Positions 18,162 through 29,774 of a stretch of DNA of 64,000 bases are shown here, piece after piece. Numbering within the stretch: the stretch's first letter is position 1; each line of letters starts with the position of its first letter. The stretch comes from Vulcanimicrobiota bacterium. Its GTDB lineage: Bacteria > Vulcanimicrobiota > Xenobia > Xenobiales > JADMJV01. Below the pieces are notes generated by a model. That model was not told the origin of the DNA, made no database searches, and saw nothing but the letters and a program-made list of their open reading frames with translations. Position numbers and translations under genes: made by a program. The DNA is taken from the NCBI GenBank assembly GCA_050250895.1, contig JBFWNU010000005.1:512001-576000 (forward strand), given 5' to 3'.

Positions 18162-20135
18162 GTGGGTCCAGATGAAGTCTTTCTGGAAATCGAGCGACAC
18201 AATCTAGAGGTCGCCGCTGTCGCTTTGCTGATGCTGATGGCTCTGTTCGGAGTCCATCATTTCTTCTTCAAGCATCTCAAGCCGCGGCATCCCATGCTCA
18301 AGCTGCTGCAAGAACGGCTGCGCTATCTGACCACCATCTTCGTCTTCTTGGTGCCCCTGCGCTGGGCCGCCGGCCAGATTCAAGAGATGGTGACGATCCT
18401 CGACGAGTTGCATGTCGGCGTGATCTTCGTGCTCGTCCTGCTGGGTCTTGAGAGCCTCTATTCCCTGCTATTTATAGAACCTGACGGTACGCCCCGACTG
18501 ACGCCCACGGTGCATTTCGGCCTGGCCAGCGCTCTTTACGGCATTCCCGGAGTCGTGTTTCTCGCGCTCATCTCGGGCTTTCCGCTGTTCGACCGGGCGA
18601 TGCTCTATGCCCTGGGGTCCATTTTCACGGTCTATCTGTGCATGCACTTGCTGTATGCTTTTGTTTTCAAGTGGGTGACCTGGACTCATCCCCTGGCCCT
18701 GGCCCTCAAGGCTCGCCTGCGCTTCTGGGCTTATGTGACCGTGCTGGGCCTGGTTTGCTACTTTGCGGTGACCCGCTACACATTCATCCCGGTCACCGGT
18801 AACATGGTCGACAACCTGGCTCTGTGCCTATGGATCCTGCTGGTCTGCATGGTCGCCGAGAGCATTCTGGCCGGGGTCTTCGATTTCTATTTCCCGGTGG
18901 CCAAGAAGTCCGAGATTCCGACCCTGTTTCGCGATCTCACCCGGGCGTTGGTTTATATCGGCCTGGCCACCTTCTTTGTCGGTTTCGTGCTCAAACGCGA
19001 CCTCAACTCGCTGCTGGTGGGATCGGCCGTCATCACCGTCTCGATCGGTTTCGCCCTGCAAGAGACGCTGGGCAACTTCTTTGCCGGGTTGGCGCTGCGA
19101 TTGTCACAGCCGTATACGCTCGGTGACTACGTCGAGGTGGCCAACTTCATCGGCCGCGTCGAGAAGATCGACTGGCGCCAGACGGCCATTCTGACCAATA
19201 ACGGCGACTACGTGCTGATGCCCAACTCGATGCTGGCCAAAGAAGCCATCAGCAACCACTCGTCCCCGACCCGGTTGCACGCCCGCTACATCGAGGTGGG
19301 GACCCACTACCGGCATCCCCCGAACGTGATCAAGAAGGCCATGCTCGAAGCCGCCGCCTCGGTTCCCGATGTGCTACCCGATCCCCGGCCCGAACTCTAC
19401 ATTATGGATTTTTCCGATTCGGCGATCACCTACCGCCTGCGCTACTGGCTGGCTGACTTCGGCGAGCGGTTCCGGGTGGATACCCAGGTGAGGGCCGCGA
19501 TTTGGTATCGCTTCAAGCGTGACGGCATCGAGATCCCGTTCCCTATCCGGACGCTCGTCAAAGAGCCTCAGGTGAGCCGAGACGAACTCCTCGAAGAGGT
19601 GAGGGGCTTTCTCGAGACGGTCGACTTTCTCAACGCCCTCGACGAGGAGGCGCTCACCACCCTGTCGCACCGGGCTCGATTTCAACTCTTTGCAGGCGGC
19701 GAGAAGATCTGCGTTCAGGGTCAGATGGGAGACTCTTTCTACATCATCAAAAGCGGCAAAGTGCAGGTCGCCGCGGCCGACGAGGAGACAGGCGAGGTGT
19801 TCCTGTGCGCCGAGATCGCGCCCGGCAACTACTTCGGCGAGATGGCTCTGTTGACGGGCGAGCCGCGCTCGGCCACCGTCACGGCTCTGGTCGACTCTGA
19901 ACTTTTGACCCTGAGCAAGGACGACCTGCGGTCCATCATCGTAGGAAACATCGAGGTGGAGAAGATCATCTCGAACGTGCTGGCCCAGCGCCAACTGCGC
20001 ACGGCCAAAGCCAAGGAAGAAGCCGAGGAGGAGAGAATGGCCCGGGCCAACGCCAGTGGCCGGGGCCAGGGCGCACGGCTCGACCAGCTGTCCGAGCAAT
20101 TCCTGCGCAAAATCCAGGAATTCTTCAGCTATTGA
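18162..20135 (+). CDS. MscS-family channel with C-terminal cyclic-nucleotide-binding domain
   Basis: IGFALQETLGNFFAGL, GDYVEV, IEIPFPIR; cNMP motif YFGEMALLTGEPRSATV. Confidence 0.9.
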   Translation: MGPDEVFLEIERHNLEVAAVALLMLMALFGVHHFFFKHLKPRHPMLKLLQERLRYLTTIFVFLVPLRWAAGQIQEMVTILDELHVGVIFVLVLLGLESLYSLLFIEPDGTPRLTPTVHFGLASALYGIPGVVFLALISGFPLFDRAMLYALGSIFTVYLCMHLLYAFVFKWVTWTHPLALALKARLRFWAYVTVLGLVCYFAVTRYTFIPVTGNMVDNLALCLWILLVCMVAESILAGVFDFYFPVAKKSEIPTLFRDLTRALVYIGLATFFVGFVLKRDLNSLLVGSAVITVSIGFALQETLGNFFAGLALRLSQPYTLGDYVEVANFIGRVEKIDWRQTAILTNNGDYVLMPNSMLAKEAISNHSSPTRLHARYIEVGTHYRHPPNVIKKAMLEAAASVPDVLPDPRPELYIMDFSDSAITYRLRYWLADFGERFRVDTQVRAAIWYRFKRDGIEIPFPIRTLVKEPQVSRDELLEEVRGFLETVDFLNALDEEALTTLSHRARFQLFAGGEKICVQGQMGDSFYIIKSGKVQVAAADEETGEVFLCAEIAPGNYFGEMALLTGEPRSATVTALVDSELLTLSKDDLRSIIVGNIEVEKIISNVLAQRQLRTAKAKEEAEEERMARANASGRGQGARLDQLSEQFLRKIQEFFSY

Positions 20136-20258
20136 GCGAGGAGCCCCGTGAAAAGGCCTCTGGCGGACGGTTTATGGCCGTCGATCGGTCGAACTCGTCC
20201 TCACTCGAAAGCGCTCAGAACGTTGATTTTTCGGGGAAAGAGCTCCCGAAATTGGGGG

Positions 20259-20287
20259 TTGACAGCCCTATGGGCCGGTGCTAGAAT
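20259..20287 (+). promoter_or_regulatory. sigma70 promoter of the str/S10/spc superoperon
   Basis: TTGACA (20259-64), 17 bp, TAGAAT (20282-87) with extended -10 TG. Confidence 0.85.
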
Positions 20288-20301
20288 GTGGAAGCAATTT
20301 T

Positions 20302-20473
20302 TCGGGCCGCCTGAGTGGGCCTTTATTCATAAGGGTCCACGAAAAGAGCTGGCGGAATCAATCGGGAAGGGGGTGCTTTCGAGCCTCCAAGCTGGTTTTA
20401 ACCCAGCAAGCCTGGTCAGCTATTTGACATCCAGGTTATAAGTATGCCCGATTCTCCGTTGTTGGCGGCCCGA
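20302..20473 (+). ncRNA. Candidate structured rpsL leader RNA
   Basis: Closing stem TCGGGCCGCC/GGCGGCCCGA encloses a 12-bp hairpin and a four-way junction closed by AATCGGG/CCCGATT. Confidence 0.55.
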
Positions 20474-20497
20474 GCACTGAACAAGGGAGATTTTTTT

Positions 20498-20917
20498 ATG
20501 CCCACCATCAACCAGTTGGTGAGAAAAGGCCGTAAGGCCACCAAGCGCAAGAGCAAAGCACCGGCTCTGCAGGTGCGGTACAACTCTTTGAAACTAAAGA
20601 GTATCCGCAGCCGCAAGGGTTCCCCGCAAAAACGCGGAGTCTGCACGCAAGTGAAGACCGTGACCCCGAAGAAGCCGAACTCTGCTCTGCGTAAGGTCGC
20701 CAGGGTTCGTCTTACCAATGGTATCGAGGTGACGGCATATATCCCGGGCGTAGGTCACAACTTGCAAGAGCACTCGGTCGTCTTGATCCGCGGTGGTCGT
20801 GTCAAGGACCTTCCCGGTGTTCGTTATCACATCGTGCGTGGAACGCTGGATACGGCTGGTGTGGCGAATCGCCGCCAGGGCCGTTCCAAGTATGGCGCCA
20901 AGAGACCGAAGTCGTAG
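20498..20917 (+). CDS. rpsL: 30S ribosomal protein S12
   Basis: [30 protein letters not shown]. Confidence 0.99.
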   Translation: MPTINQLVRKGRKATKRKSKAPALQVRYNSLKLKSIRSRKGSPQKRGVCTQVKTVTPKKPNSALRKVARVRLTNGIEVTAYIPGVGHNLQEHSVVLIRGGRVKDLPGVRYHIVRGTLDTAGVANRRQGRSKYGAKRPKS

Positions 20918-20926
20918 GAGTTTAAG

Positions 20927-21397
20927 ATGTCGAGAAAAGGCCCCGCGCCCAAGCGCGTTGTACTACCCGATCCCAAATACAAGAACGTCAAGCTCTCGAA
21001 GTTCATGAACATGTTGATGAAGGGTGGCAAGAAGAGCCTGGCCGAGCGCATCGTTTATGGCGCGATGGACACGATCTCCCAGAAGACCGGCAAGGATCCC
21101 CTCTCCGTCTTCCAGGAAGCAATGGACAATGCCACCCCGTTGATCGAGGTTCGCCCCCGTCGCGTCGGTGGCGCCACCTATCAGGTTCCCGTAGAAGTTC
21201 GCACCGAGCGCCGCAACAGTCTGGCGATGCGCTGGCTGATCTCGGCTGCTCGGGCTCGCTCCGGCCGCACCATGACCGAGCGGTTGGCCAACGAACTGAT
21301 TGACGCCTCGGCCGGAATCGGCTCAGCCGTCAAGAAGAAAGAAGACACCCACCGCATGGCCGAAGCCAACAAAGCCTTCGCCCACTACCGCTGGTAA
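20927..21397 (+). CDS. rpsG: 30S ribosomal protein S7
   Basis: [24 protein letters not shown]. Confidence 0.99.
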   Translation: MSRKGPAPKRVVLPDPKYKNVKLSKFMNMLMKGGKKSLAERIVYGAMDTISQKTGKDPLSVFQEAMDNATPLIEVRPRRVGGATYQVPVEVRTERRNSLAMRWLISAARARSGRTMTERLANELIDASAGIGSAVKKKEDTHRMAEANKAFAHYRW

Positions 21398-21417
21398 CCC
21401 AGTAGACGAGAATCCCC

Positions 21418-23514
21418 GTGAACGTTAAAACTGCCGACATAGCGCTGGAACACTACCGTAATATCGGTATTGCAGCTCATATTGATGCTGGTAAGACGAC
21501 TACCACGGAGCGGATCCTTTTCTACACCGGCAAGGTCCACCGCATCGGGGAGGTTGACGCCGGAGCCGCCACCATGGACTGGATGGTGCAGGAGAAGGAG
21601 CGTGGTATTACCATCACCTCCGCGGTGACCACAGCGGTCTGGAAAGACAATTGCATCAATATCATCGATACGCCCGGTCACGTCGACTTCACCGTCGAGG
21701 TGGAGCGTTCACTGCGCGTCCTCGACGGGATGGTCGCGGTCTTTTGCGCGGTTGGTGGGGTGCAGCCTCAGTCCGAAACGGTCTGGCGCCAAGCCAATAA
21801 CTACAAAGTGCCGCGGATCGCGTACGTCAACAAGATGGACCGCACCGGGGCCAGCTTCTTGACCGTAGTCGAGAAGCTCGATGACCGTCTCGGGGCAAAC
21901 CCGGTGCCGATCCAGTTGCCCATTGGCGCCGAGGGTGACTTCGTCGGAATGGTCGACCTGGTTCGCAATATCGCTCTGGTCTACACCGATGACCTCGGCT
22001 CGATCTACGAAGAGCGCGAAGTGCCGGCCGATATGGTCGACGAAGTGGCGGAATACCGCGAGAAGATGATCGAGGTGGCGGCCGACGGCAACGAAGAGTT
22101 GATGATGGCCTATCTCGAAGAGGGTACCCTCTCGCCCGAAGACATCAAGCGTGGACTGCGGGCCCGCACTCTGCGCAACGAGATTACTCCGGTCCTGTGC
22201 GGCTCTTCGTTCAAGAACAAGGGCGTGCAACCGATGCTCGACGCGGTGGTAGACTATCTGCCATCCCCGGTGGACCTGCCGCCAGTCAGGGGGGTCGACC
22301 CCGCCACCGAAGAGGAACTCTCGCGCGCTTCCAGCGTCGACGAACCCCTTTCGGCCCTGGTGTTCAAGATTATGACCGACCCCTACGTGGGTCGATTGGC
22401 CTTTATTCGGGTCTATTCGGGCGTGCTTTCCAAAGGGCAGAACGTCGAGAACCCGGTATCCCGCAAGCGCGAGCGGATCGGCCGCTTGCTCAAGATGCAC
22501 GCTGATCGCCGCGAAGAGGTGAACGAGCTTCGGGCTGGCGAACTCGGGGCCATCGTGGGTCTGAAGCAGTCGTCCACCGGCGATACGCTGTGCGACGAGA
22601 AGCAGCCCATCGTGCTCGAGAAAATCGAGTTTCCTGAACCGGTCATCTCGGTGGCTATCGAGCCCAAGACGAAAGCCGACCAGGACAAAATGGGCATGGC
22701 GTTAGCCAAGCTTCAAGAAGAGGATCCGACCTTCCGGACCTCGACAAATGATGAGACGGGTCAAACGATGATCTCCGGGATGGGCGAACTCCATCTCGAA
22801 ATCATCGTCGACCGGCTGTTGCGCGAGTTCTCGGTTGGCGCCAACGTTGGACGTCCTCAGGTGGCTTATAAAGAAGCCATCCGCAAGGAAATCAAAGTCG
22901 AGGGACGCTTCGTTCGCCAAACCGGTGGTCGCGGCCAGTTCGGTCACGTCTGGATCGAGGCCAAGCCCCTGCCGCCTGGTTCTGGGTTCAAGTTTGGAAA
23001 TAACATTGTGGGGGGAGTCATCCCCAAGGAGTACATCCCGGCTGTCGAGGCTGGCGTGCGCGAAGGTCTGACGGCTGGAACACTGGCTGGCTACCCGGTT
23101 GTGGACGTCGAGGTGAATCTCTACGATGGCTCCTACCACGCGGTGGACTCGTCCGAGATCGCTTTCAGGATTGCCGGTTCTATGGCCATCAAGGAAGCGT
23201 TGCGAAGGAACGAGTGCTACCTCAAAGAGCCCGTAATGGAAGTCGAAGTGGTCGTGCCCGAGGATTATCTCGGTGACGTCATCGGTGACCTGAACGGCCG
23301 GCGAGGTGATATCAGTGGAATGGAACCGGGGGCCGGCAATACGCAGGTCATCACGGGCTTTGTTCCGCTGGCGGAGATGTTCGGGTACGCAACCGTGCTG
23401 CGGTCGCGCACCCAGGGTCGAGGGAGCTACACTATGGAGTTCGCTCGCTATGATGAGGTCCCACGACCGATTCAAGAGAATATTATTTCCCGCTACTACG
23501 GGAAAGCTGTCTAG
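21418..23514 (+). CDS. fusA: Elongation factor G
   Basis: [31 protein letters not shown]. Confidence 0.99.
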   Translation: MNVKTADIALEHYRNIGIAAHIDAGKTTTTERILFYTGKVHRIGEVDAGAATMDWMVQEKERGITITSAVTTAVWKDNCINIIDTPGHVDFTVEVERSLRVLDGMVAVFCAVGGVQPQSETVWRQANNYKVPRIAYVNKMDRTGASFLTVVEKLDDRLGANPVPIQLPIGAEGDFVGMVDLVRNIALVYTDDLGSIYEEREVPADMVDEVAEYREKMIEVAADGNEELMMAYLEEGTLSPEDIKRGLRARTLRNEITPVLCGSSFKNKGVQPMLDAVVDYLPSPVDLPPVRGVDPATEEELSRASSVDEPLSALVFKIMTDPYVGRLAFIRVYSGVLSKGQNVENPVSRKRERIGRLLKMHADRREEVNELRAGELGAIVGLKQSSTGDTLCDEKQPIVLEKIEFPEPVISVAIEPKTKADQDKMGMALAKLQEEDPTFRTSTNDETGQTMISGMGELHLEIIVDRLLREFSVGANVGRPQVAYKEAIRKEIKVEGRFVRQTGGRGQFGHVWIEAKPLPPGSGFKFGNNIVGGVIPKEYIPAVEAGVREGLTAGTLAGYPVVDVEVNLYDGSYHAVDSSEIAFRIAGSMAIKEALRRNECYLKEPVMEVEVVVPEDYLGDVIGDLNGRRGDISGMEPGAGNTQVITGFVPLAEMFGYATVLRSRTQGRGSYTMEFARYDEVPRPIQENIISRYYGKAV

Positions 23515-23572
23515 GCAGGTAACGTCGGCGGAAAGTCCGGCTGAAAGGAAAGAAAACGGAGGCTTACGCATT

Positions 23573-24772
23573 ATGGGCAAGGAGAAATTCGTCCGAAATA
23601 AACCCCACGTCAACATCGGTACCATCGGTCACGTCGACCATGGCAAAACGACGCTGACGGCAGCCATTATGAAGACCCTGTCTTCGGTTGGCTTCGCCAA
23701 GACGATGAACGTGGACGACATCGACGCGGCCCCTGAAGAAAAAGAGCGTGGCATCACCATCGCCATCGCCCACGTAGAGTATGAGACCGAGAAGCGTCAC
23801 TACGCTCACGTGGACTGCCCGGGTCACGCCGACTATATCAAGAACATGATTACCGGTGCCGCTCAGATGGACGGCGCCATCCTGGTTGTGTCGGCCACCG
23901 ACGGCCCGATGCCCCAGACTCGTGAGCACATCCTGCTTGCTCGTCAGGTGAACGTCCCTTACATCGTCGTCTTCCTGAACAAGGTCGATATGATGGACGA
24001 CCCCGAGCTGGTCGAGCTCGTCGAACTCGAAGTTCGCGAGCTGCTCTCGAGCTACGACTTCCCCGGCGACGACATCCCGGTCATCGCCGGTTCGGCGCTG
24101 CGGGCTCTCGAGTCCAGCGGCTCCCGCGACGACGAGTGGGCCGGCAAGGTTTGGGAACTGATGGATCGCGTTGACGAGTACATCCCCGAGCCTGAGCGTC
24201 CGGTCGACAAGCCGTTCTTGATGCCCCTCGAAGACGTGTTCACCATCACCGGTCGTGGCACCGTGGGTACCGGACGCGTCGAGCGTGGCATCATCAAGAC
24301 GGGCGACGAGATCGAGATCGTCGGTATGCGCGACGAGACTCGCAAGACCGTCTGCACCGGCGTCGAGATGTTCCGCAAGATCCTCGACGAGGGCCAGGCT
24401 GGCGACAACGTCGGTCTGCTGCTCCGCGGTGTCGACCGCAAAGACTTGCTGCGCGGAATGGTGCTGGCTAAACCCGGCTCGATCAAACCGCACACCAAGT
24501 TCAAGAGCGAGGTCTACATCCTGTCCAAGGACGAGGGTGGTCGTCACACTCCGTTCTTCAAAGGGTACCGCCCGCAGTTCTACTTCCGGACCACGGACGT
24601 GACCGGCGAGTGCTTCCTGCCCGAGGGCACCGAGATGGTGATGCCTGGTGACAACATTCACCTCGAGATTCACCTGATCACCAAGATCGCTCTCGAAGTC
24701 GGACTGCGCTTCGCTATCCGCGAAGGCGGACGCACCGTCGGCGCCGGTGTTATCACCGAGATCATCGAATAA
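23573..24772 (+). CDS. tuf: Elongation factor Tu
   Basis: [24 protein letters not shown]; GGAGG RBS before ATG 23573. Confidence 0.99.
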   Translation: MGKEKFVRNKPHVNIGTIGHVDHGKTTLTAAIMKTLSSVGFAKTMNVDDIDAAPEEKERGITIAIAHVEYETEKRHYAHVDCPGHADYIKNMITGAAQMDGAILVVSATDGPMPQTREHILLARQVNVPYIVVFLNKVDMMDDPELVELVELEVRELLSSYDFPGDDIPVIAGSALRALESSGSRDDEWAGKVWELMDRVDEYIPEPERPVDKPFLMPLEDVFTITGRGTVGTGRVERGIIKTGDEIEIVGMRDETRKTVCTGVEMFRKILDEGQAGDNVGLLLRGVDRKDLLRGMVLAKPGSIKPHTKFKSEVYILSKDEGGRHTPFFKGYRPQFYFRTTDVTGECFLPEGTEMVMPGDNIHLEIHLITKIALEVGLRFAIREGGRTVGAGVITEIIE

Positions 24773-24780
24773 ACAAGCTT

Positions 24781-24808
24781 GAGCCCGCCCCCTCGCGGGG
24801 GCGGGCTT
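24781..24808 (+). other. GC-rich hairpin between tuf and rpsJ (no U-tract)
   Basis: GAGCCCGCCCCC-TCGC-GGGGGCGGGCTT. Confidence 0.6.
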
Positions 24809-24819
24809 CGGAGGATAAA

Positions 24820-25131
24820 ATGGCTAAGCAGAGGATTCGAATCAAGCTCAAGGCTTACGAGCACGCCATCCTGGATGAATCGGCCGAGAAGATCGTGCAG
24901 ATCGCTCGCCAGACCGGGGCGGCTATCTCTGGCCCGGTCCCCCTACCGACCGTGAAGAACCGCTATTGTGTGCTTCGTTCGCCTCACGTCGACAAGAAGT
25001 CGCGCGAGCACTTCGAGATTCGGACCCACAAGCGGCTGATTGATATCTACTTTGATCCCTCCCAGAAGACGATCGAACAACTGATGAAGGTCGATTTGCC
25101 GGCTGGGGTAGATATCGAGATCAAGGGCTAA
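24820..25131 (+). CDS. rpsJ: 30S ribosomal protein S10
   Basis: [23 protein letters not shown]. Confidence 0.99.
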   Translation: MAKQRIRIKLKAYEHAILDESAEKIVQIARQTGAAISGPVPLPTVKNRYCVLRSPHVDKKSREHFEIRTHKRLIDIYFDPSQKTIEQLMKVDLPAGVDIEIKG

Positions 25132-25179
25132 TAATCTAAGCTCTCGGGCCAAGACCCGCGAGCCTCTGGAGGAGGAAAG

Positions 25180-25800
25180 ATGAACGCCATCCTTGGCAAG
25201 AAGCTGGGCATGACCCAGGTCTTCGACGAAGAGGGTTTCGCGATTCCGGTCACCGTGATCGAGGTCGGACCCTGCAAAGTGGTGCAACGGCGCACCGTGG
25301 AAAAAGACGGCTACAATGCCGTTCAGCTTGGCTTCGGTGATATCCGCGCCAAGCTGGTCAATAAGCCTCGGGCCGGTCACTTCAAAAAGCACGGCATCGA
25401 CAATCAGCGTTACCTCAAAGAGTTTCGCGTCGACGATCCGGCTGCTGTTCCCGACGAGGTCAAGGTCGACATTTTTGAAGCCGGCCAGAAAGTGGATGTC
25501 TACGGCATCTCCAAAGGTAAAGGCACGGCTGGTGCGATGAAGCGCCACAACTTCGGCGGCGGTCCGGCCAGCCACGGTTGTTCGAAGATCCACCGCAAAC
25601 CGAACTCCACCGGCGCGGTCGACGCCGCTCGCACTTTCAAAGGTGTGAAAAAGCCCGGTCAAATGGGCAACAAGCAGGTCACGGTTCTCGGCTTGAAAGT
25701 CGTCTCCGTGGATACCGAGCGCAATCTCCTCCTGGTGCGGGGATCGGTGCCGGGGGCCACTGGCCGCCTGATCACGATCCGCCACTCGGTGAAGAAGTAG
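25180..25800 (+). CDS. rplC: 50S ribosomal protein L3
   Basis: GKKLGMTQ, GSVPG. Confidence 0.98.
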   Translation: MNAILGKKLGMTQVFDEEGFAIPVTVIEVGPCKVVQRRTVEKDGYNAVQLGFGDIRAKLVNKPRAGHFKKHGIDNQRYLKEFRVDDPAAVPDEVKVDIFEAGQKVDVYGISKGKGTAGAMKRHNFGGGPASHGCSKIHRKPNSTGAVDAARTFKGVKKPGQMGNKQVTVLGLKVVSVDTERNLLLVRGSVPGATGRLITIRHSVKK

Positions 25801-25810
25801 GTAAGAAGCG

Positions 25811-26437
25811 ATGCCTAAAGTTTCTCTTTATAACATGTCCGGCAAAGTCGTCGGCGACTTCGAACTCAAGGACGAAGTGTTCAACACTCCCTACAACCAG
25901 GGACTGATTCATCAGATCTACGTGGGTCTGCTGGCCAATCAGCGCCGGGGCACTCACTCCACCAAGACCCGCGGCGAAGTCCGCGGCGGTGGCAAGAAGC
26001 CCTGGCGTCAGAAGGGCACCGGTATGGCCCGTCACGGTAGCCGTCGGTCCCCCATCTGGCGTGGCGGCGGTATCACCTTCGGTCCCAGGCCCCGCGATTA
26101 TCAGCAGGCCCTGCCCAAGAAGATGCGCCACGGCGCCATGCGTTCGGCTCTCTCTCAGCGTCTGCGCGAGTCCAAGCTGACCGCCCTTAAAGAGCTCTCT
26201 CTCGACGAGTTTCGAACCAAAGCGATGATCGAGATGCTCAAGAATCTCGAGGTGAGCGAGACCAAGACCCTGCTGGTGTTGGCCGAGCCCAACACCAAAG
26301 TGCAGAAGTCTGCCTCCAATATTCCCGGTCTCAACGTGGTTCTGGCTGCTAACCTCAACCTCGTCGACCTGGTCCGTCACCATCGGGTGGTGGCCACCCA
26401 GGAGGCTCTCGAAAAAATCCAGGAGGTGCTATCGTGA
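25811..26437 (+). CDS. rplD: 50S ribosomal protein L4
   Basis: [14 protein letters not shown]. Confidence 0.98.
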   Translation: MPKVSLYNMSGKVVGDFELKDEVFNTPYNQGLIHQIYVGLLANQRRGTHSTKTRGEVRGGGKKPWRQKGTGMARHGSRRSPIWRGGGITFGPRPRDYQQALPKKMRHGAMRSALSQRLRESKLTALKELSLDEFRTKAMIEMLKNLEVSETKTLLVLAEPNTKVQKSASNIPGLNVVLAANLNLVDLVRHHRVVATQEALEKIQEVLS

Positions 26438-26769
26438 GCAAGACTCCCAGTTCGGTCGCCGACCTGCGTGGTCTGACCCTGCGCGACATTCTGATTCGAC
26501 CCATCATCACCGAGAAGTCGATGACCCAGGCGCAGTTCAATCGTTACACCTTCGAGGTGCACAAGTCTGCCAACAAGACCCAGATTCGTGACGCTATCGA
26601 GAAGATCTTCAGCGTGAAAGTACTGAAGGTCACGACCAACCGCACCGACGGCAAGTTGCGCCGGCGCGGTCGCCACTCGGGCTACACCGCCGAAAAGAAA
26701 AAGGCTACAGTAACCCTCAAGGCTGGCGACCAGATTGAAATCGCCGGCACTCCTCTGTTCGAGGCGTAA
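26434..26769 (+). CDS. rplW: 50S ribosomal protein L23
   Basis: [15 protein letters not shown]; position in S10 operon. Confidence 0.97.
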   Translation: MSKTPSSVADLRGLTLRDILIRPIITEKSMTQAQFNRYTFEVHKSANKTQIRDAIEKIFSVKVLKVTTNRTDGKLRRRGRHSGYTAEKKKATVTLKAGDQIEIAGTPLFEA

Positions 26770-26935
26770 CCAGATTATTAACAACAGGACAAATTCGATA
26801 TCCATCGCTCCAAACTGTTGGAATTCGGGTGAGTGTCTATTAAGATAGAGCCGCTTTTTACGAGAATGATCGGCTCTTCCGACGCCCGCCCTCAACCACG
26901 GCGGGCGTCAGAATCTCAGGAAAGGGAAAAGATCC

Positions 26936-27760
26936 ATGCCGACCCGGAAATTTAATCCGACCAGTCCCGGTCGCAGGCATATGAGCGTCGAAGATTTCTC
27001 CGACGTGACCACCAGCAAGCCCGAACGGAGCCTGCTCGAGCCGCTGACCAAATCGGGTGGCCGCAACTCCACAGGAAGAGTCACTTCACGTCATCGTGGG
27101 GGCGGGCATAAGCGTCGCTACCGCCTCATCGATTGGAAGCGTGACAAAGACGGCATCCCTGCTCGGGTGGCCTCCATCGAGTATGATCCGAACCGCTCGG
27201 CTCGCATCGCGCTGGTCCACTATGTCGACGGCGAAAAGCGCTACATCCTGGCTCCGCTCGGGCTGAAGGTCGACGACAAGATCGTCTCGGGCGAAGGCGC
27301 CGACATCAAGACCGGCAACTGTCTCCCTCTCCACAAGATCCCGGTTGGAACGCAGCTTCACAACATCGAACTGCAGCCGGGCAAAGGCGCTCAGATGGCT
27401 CGTGCCGCCGGTGCCTCGGCTCAGCTGATGGCCAAAGAAGGCAAGGTCGCCTATCTGCGCCTGCCCTCTGGCGAGGTTCGACTGGTTCCCATCGAATGCC
27501 GCGCCGTGGTCGGCCAGGTCGGCAATATCGAACACGAGAACGTATCCGGTGGTAAGGCCGGGCGCTCCCGCTGGAAAGGCCAGCGTGGGCACATCCGCGG
27601 CGTTGCCACCAACCCCTGCGACCACCCTCACGGTGGTGGCGAAGCTCGCTCGACCCCCGGTCGCCCGAGCAGCACCCCCTGGGGTAAGCCGGCGCTGGGC
27701 CTTCGCACCCGCAAGAAGAAGGCCAGCGACAAGATGATCATTCGCCGGCGGAAGAAGTAG
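26936..27760 (+). CDS. rplB: 50S ribosomal protein L2
   Basis: [16 protein letters not shown]. Confidence 0.99.
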   Translation: MPTRKFNPTSPGRRHMSVEDFSDVTTSKPERSLLEPLTKSGGRNSTGRVTSRHRGGGHKRRYRLIDWKRDKDGIPARVASIEYDPNRSARIALVHYVDGEKRYILAPLGLKVDDKIVSGEGADIKTGNCLPLHKIPVGTQLHNIELQPGKGAQMARAAGASAQLMAKEGKVAYLRLPSGEVRLVPIECRAVVGQVGNIEHENVSGGKAGRSRWKGQRGHIRGVATNPCDHPHGGGEARSTPGRPSSTPWGKPALGLRTRKKKASDKMIIRRRKK

Positions 27761-27770
27761 GAGGTAGAAC

Positions 27771-28058
27771 GTGTCCAGATCCGTTAGAAAAGGCCCCTTC
27801 GTCGACAAGAATCTCAAGCAGAAAGTCGATGTCCTTAATGCCAACCACGAGAAGAAAGTCATCAAGTCGTGGGCGCGCAACTCCACCATCTTTCCCGAGC
27901 TGGTCGGTCACACCGTGGCCATCCACGACGGGCGTCGTCACGTGCCGATCTTCATCTCTGAAGAGATGGTCGGCCACAAGCTCGGTGAGTTCGCCGTGAC
28001 CCGGCTCTATCGCGGTCACGCCGGCAGCAAGTCCGAGCGCAAGAGCAAGAAGAAGTAA
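27771..28058 (+). CDS. rpsS: 30S ribosomal protein S19
   Basis: [16 protein letters not shown]. Confidence 0.99.
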   Translation: MSRSVRKGPFVDKNLKQKVDVLNANHEKKVIKSWARNSTIFPELVGHTVAIHDGRRHVPIFISEEMVGHKLGEFAVTRLYRGHAGSKSERKSKKK

Positions 28059-28072
28059 GCGAGGAACTATCA

Positions 28073-28450
28073 ATGGCTAGCACTGATACGCAAACCGCCG
28101 GCGGCCCCGAAGTCCGGGCCGTGGCCAAGTATATCCGCACTTCTCCTCGCAAGCTTCGCCTGGTGGCGGACCTGATTCGCGGCAAGTCGGTCAGCGATGC
28201 CCGCGTGATTCTGCAGTTCACCCCCAAGCGCGCCGCGGCCACGCTTCAGAAAGTGCTCGAGTCGGCTATCGCCAACGCCGAGAACAACGAAGAGCTCGAC
28301 GCCGAGGACCTGAGCATCCACAAGATCTTCGTGGATGAGGGCCCTACCATGAAGCGTTGGGTCCCCCGGGCTCGCGGGCGCGCCAGCGCCATCAAAAAGC
28401 GCACCAGTCACGTCACCGTCGTGGTGAAAGCAAGAGAGGAGGCTCGCTAG
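28073..28450 (+). CDS. rplV: 50S ribosomal protein L22
   Basis: [21 protein letters not shown]. Confidence 0.99.
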   Translation: MASTDTQTAGGPEVRAVAKYIRTSPRKLRLVADLIRGKSVSDARVILQFTPKRAAATLQKVLESAIANAENNEELDAEDLSIHKIFVDEGPTMKRWVPRARGRASAIKKRTSHVTVVVKAREEAR

Positions 28451-28451
28451 T

Positions 28452-29114
28452 ATGGGCCAGAAAATTCATCCCATTGGCTTCCGAGTCGGCATCATCCGCG
28501 GTTGGGAGTCCCGCTGGTTCCAAGAGAAGAGCTACGCTGAGTGGCTGGTCGAAGACCACAAGATCCGCCAATTCATCCGCGGCCACCTTCGCCACGCTGG
28601 CATCTCGCGCATCGAGATTGAGCGCGCCAACAAGACGCACATCATCGTCAACACGGCCAAGCCGGGTCTGGTGATCGGTAAGCGTGGCGCCGGGATCGAA
28701 GAACTGCGCCGCCGCATCGAGAAGCTGACCAAGCGCAACATCAAGATTTCGGTGAAAGAAGTCAAGCAACCTGAACTCGACGCTCACCTGGTCGGGCAGA
28801 ACATCTGCGAAGCCCTCGAAAAGCGCGTCGCGTTCCGCCGAGCCATGAAGCAGGCCGTAGGCCGCTCCATCAAGGCCGGCGCGCTGGGCGTCAAGATCCA
28901 GCTTTCGGGTCGCCTGGGTGGCAACGAAATTGCCCGCTCCGAGCGCAACTTCCAGGGTAAGGTGCCTCTGCACACCCTGCGCGCCGACGTTGACTACGCA
29001 ATTACCGAAGCTGCTACCACTGCCGGTCGAATCGGTGTGAAAGTGTGGATCTATCGGGGCGAGATTCTCCCCCAGACCCGCGCCGCCGACGCGCCCGCTG
29101 GCGGGAATGCCTAG
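28452..29114 (+). CDS. rpsC: 30S ribosomal protein S3
   Basis: [21 protein letters not shown]. Confidence 0.99.
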   Translation: MGQKIHPIGFRVGIIRGWESRWFQEKSYAEWLVEDHKIRQFIRGHLRHAGISRIEIERANKTHIIVNTAKPGLVIGKRGAGIEELRRRIEKLTKRNIKISVKEVKQPELDAHLVGQNICEALEKRVAFRRAMKQAVGRSIKAGALGVKIQLSGRLGGNEIARSERNFQGKVPLHTLRADVDYAITEAATTAGRIGVKVWIYRGEILPQTRAADAPAGGNA

Positions 29115-29122
29115 GAGGAGAC

Positions 29123-29548
29123 ATGCTAAGTCCTAAGAGAGTCAAATTCCGTAAAACCCATCGCGGCAACATGCGCGGTAAGTCTCACCGAGGCAACAAA
29201 GTGCAGTTCGGCCAGTTCGGCCTGCAGGCGCTTGAGCCCGGCTGGATCACCGCTCGCCAGATCGAGGCCGCTCGTATCGCGATGACCCGCCACATCAAGC
29301 GTGGTGGTAAAGTTTGGATCCGGGTTTTCCCTGACAAGCCGGTGACTAAGAAGCCCGCCGAAACCCGCATGGGTTCGGGTAAGGGTTCGCCGGAGTTCTG
29401 GGTGGCCGTGATCAAGCCGGGCCGCATCATGTTCGAGATCGCTGGCGTGGCTGAAAACGTGGCTCGTGACGCTATGCGTCTGGCCCAGTTCAAGCTTCCC
29501 ATCAAGACTCGTTTCCTGGTGCGTGAAGTCCTTGGGAGCGAAGAGTAA
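29123..29548 (+). CDS. rplP: 50S ribosomal protein L16
   Basis: [18 protein letters not shown]. Confidence 0.99.
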   Translation: MLSPKRVKFRKTHRGNMRGKSHRGNKVQFGQFGLQALEPGWITARQIEAARIAMTRHIKRGGKVWIRVFPDKPVTKKPAETRMGSGKGSPEFWVAVIKPGRIMFEIAGVAENVARDAMRLAQFKLPIKTRFLVREVLGSEE

Positions 29549-29772
29549 TGAGTAAGCTAAGCACATTTAGAGATAAGTTGCGCGAGCTTTCCCTCGAGGA
29601 ACTGCGCGGCAAACTGATCGAGAACAAGGAGGAGCTGTTCAACCTGCGGTTCCAGCTCGCCACCGGAAGTCTCGACAACAATCAGCGGATCCGTCAGGTC
29701 AAGCGCGACATCGCTCGGATTCACACCGTAATTAGAGAAAAAGAACTTGGTCTGAAGGCCGGTAAGGAGTAA
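29548..29772 (+). CDS. rpmC: 50S ribosomal protein L29
   Basis: [16 protein letters not shown]. Confidence 0.98.
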   Translation: MSKLSTFRDKLRELSLEELRGKLIENKEELFNLRFQLATGSLDNNQRIRQVKRDIARIHTVIREKELGLKAGKE

Positions 29773-29774
29773 CG

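Noticed and set aside
20424-20452. Second TTGACA as another rpsL promoter
   Set aside because: No -10 hexamer at 16-18 bp spacing; lies within a predicted stem
20359-20453. Cloverleaf in the rpsL leader as a tRNA gene
   Set aside because: No D-loop GG, no T-loop in the third arm, wrong arm lengths, no CCA
23306-23572. N-terminal extension of EF-Tu in the ORF track
   Set aside because: Overlaps fusA; canonical start with GGAGG RBS at 23573
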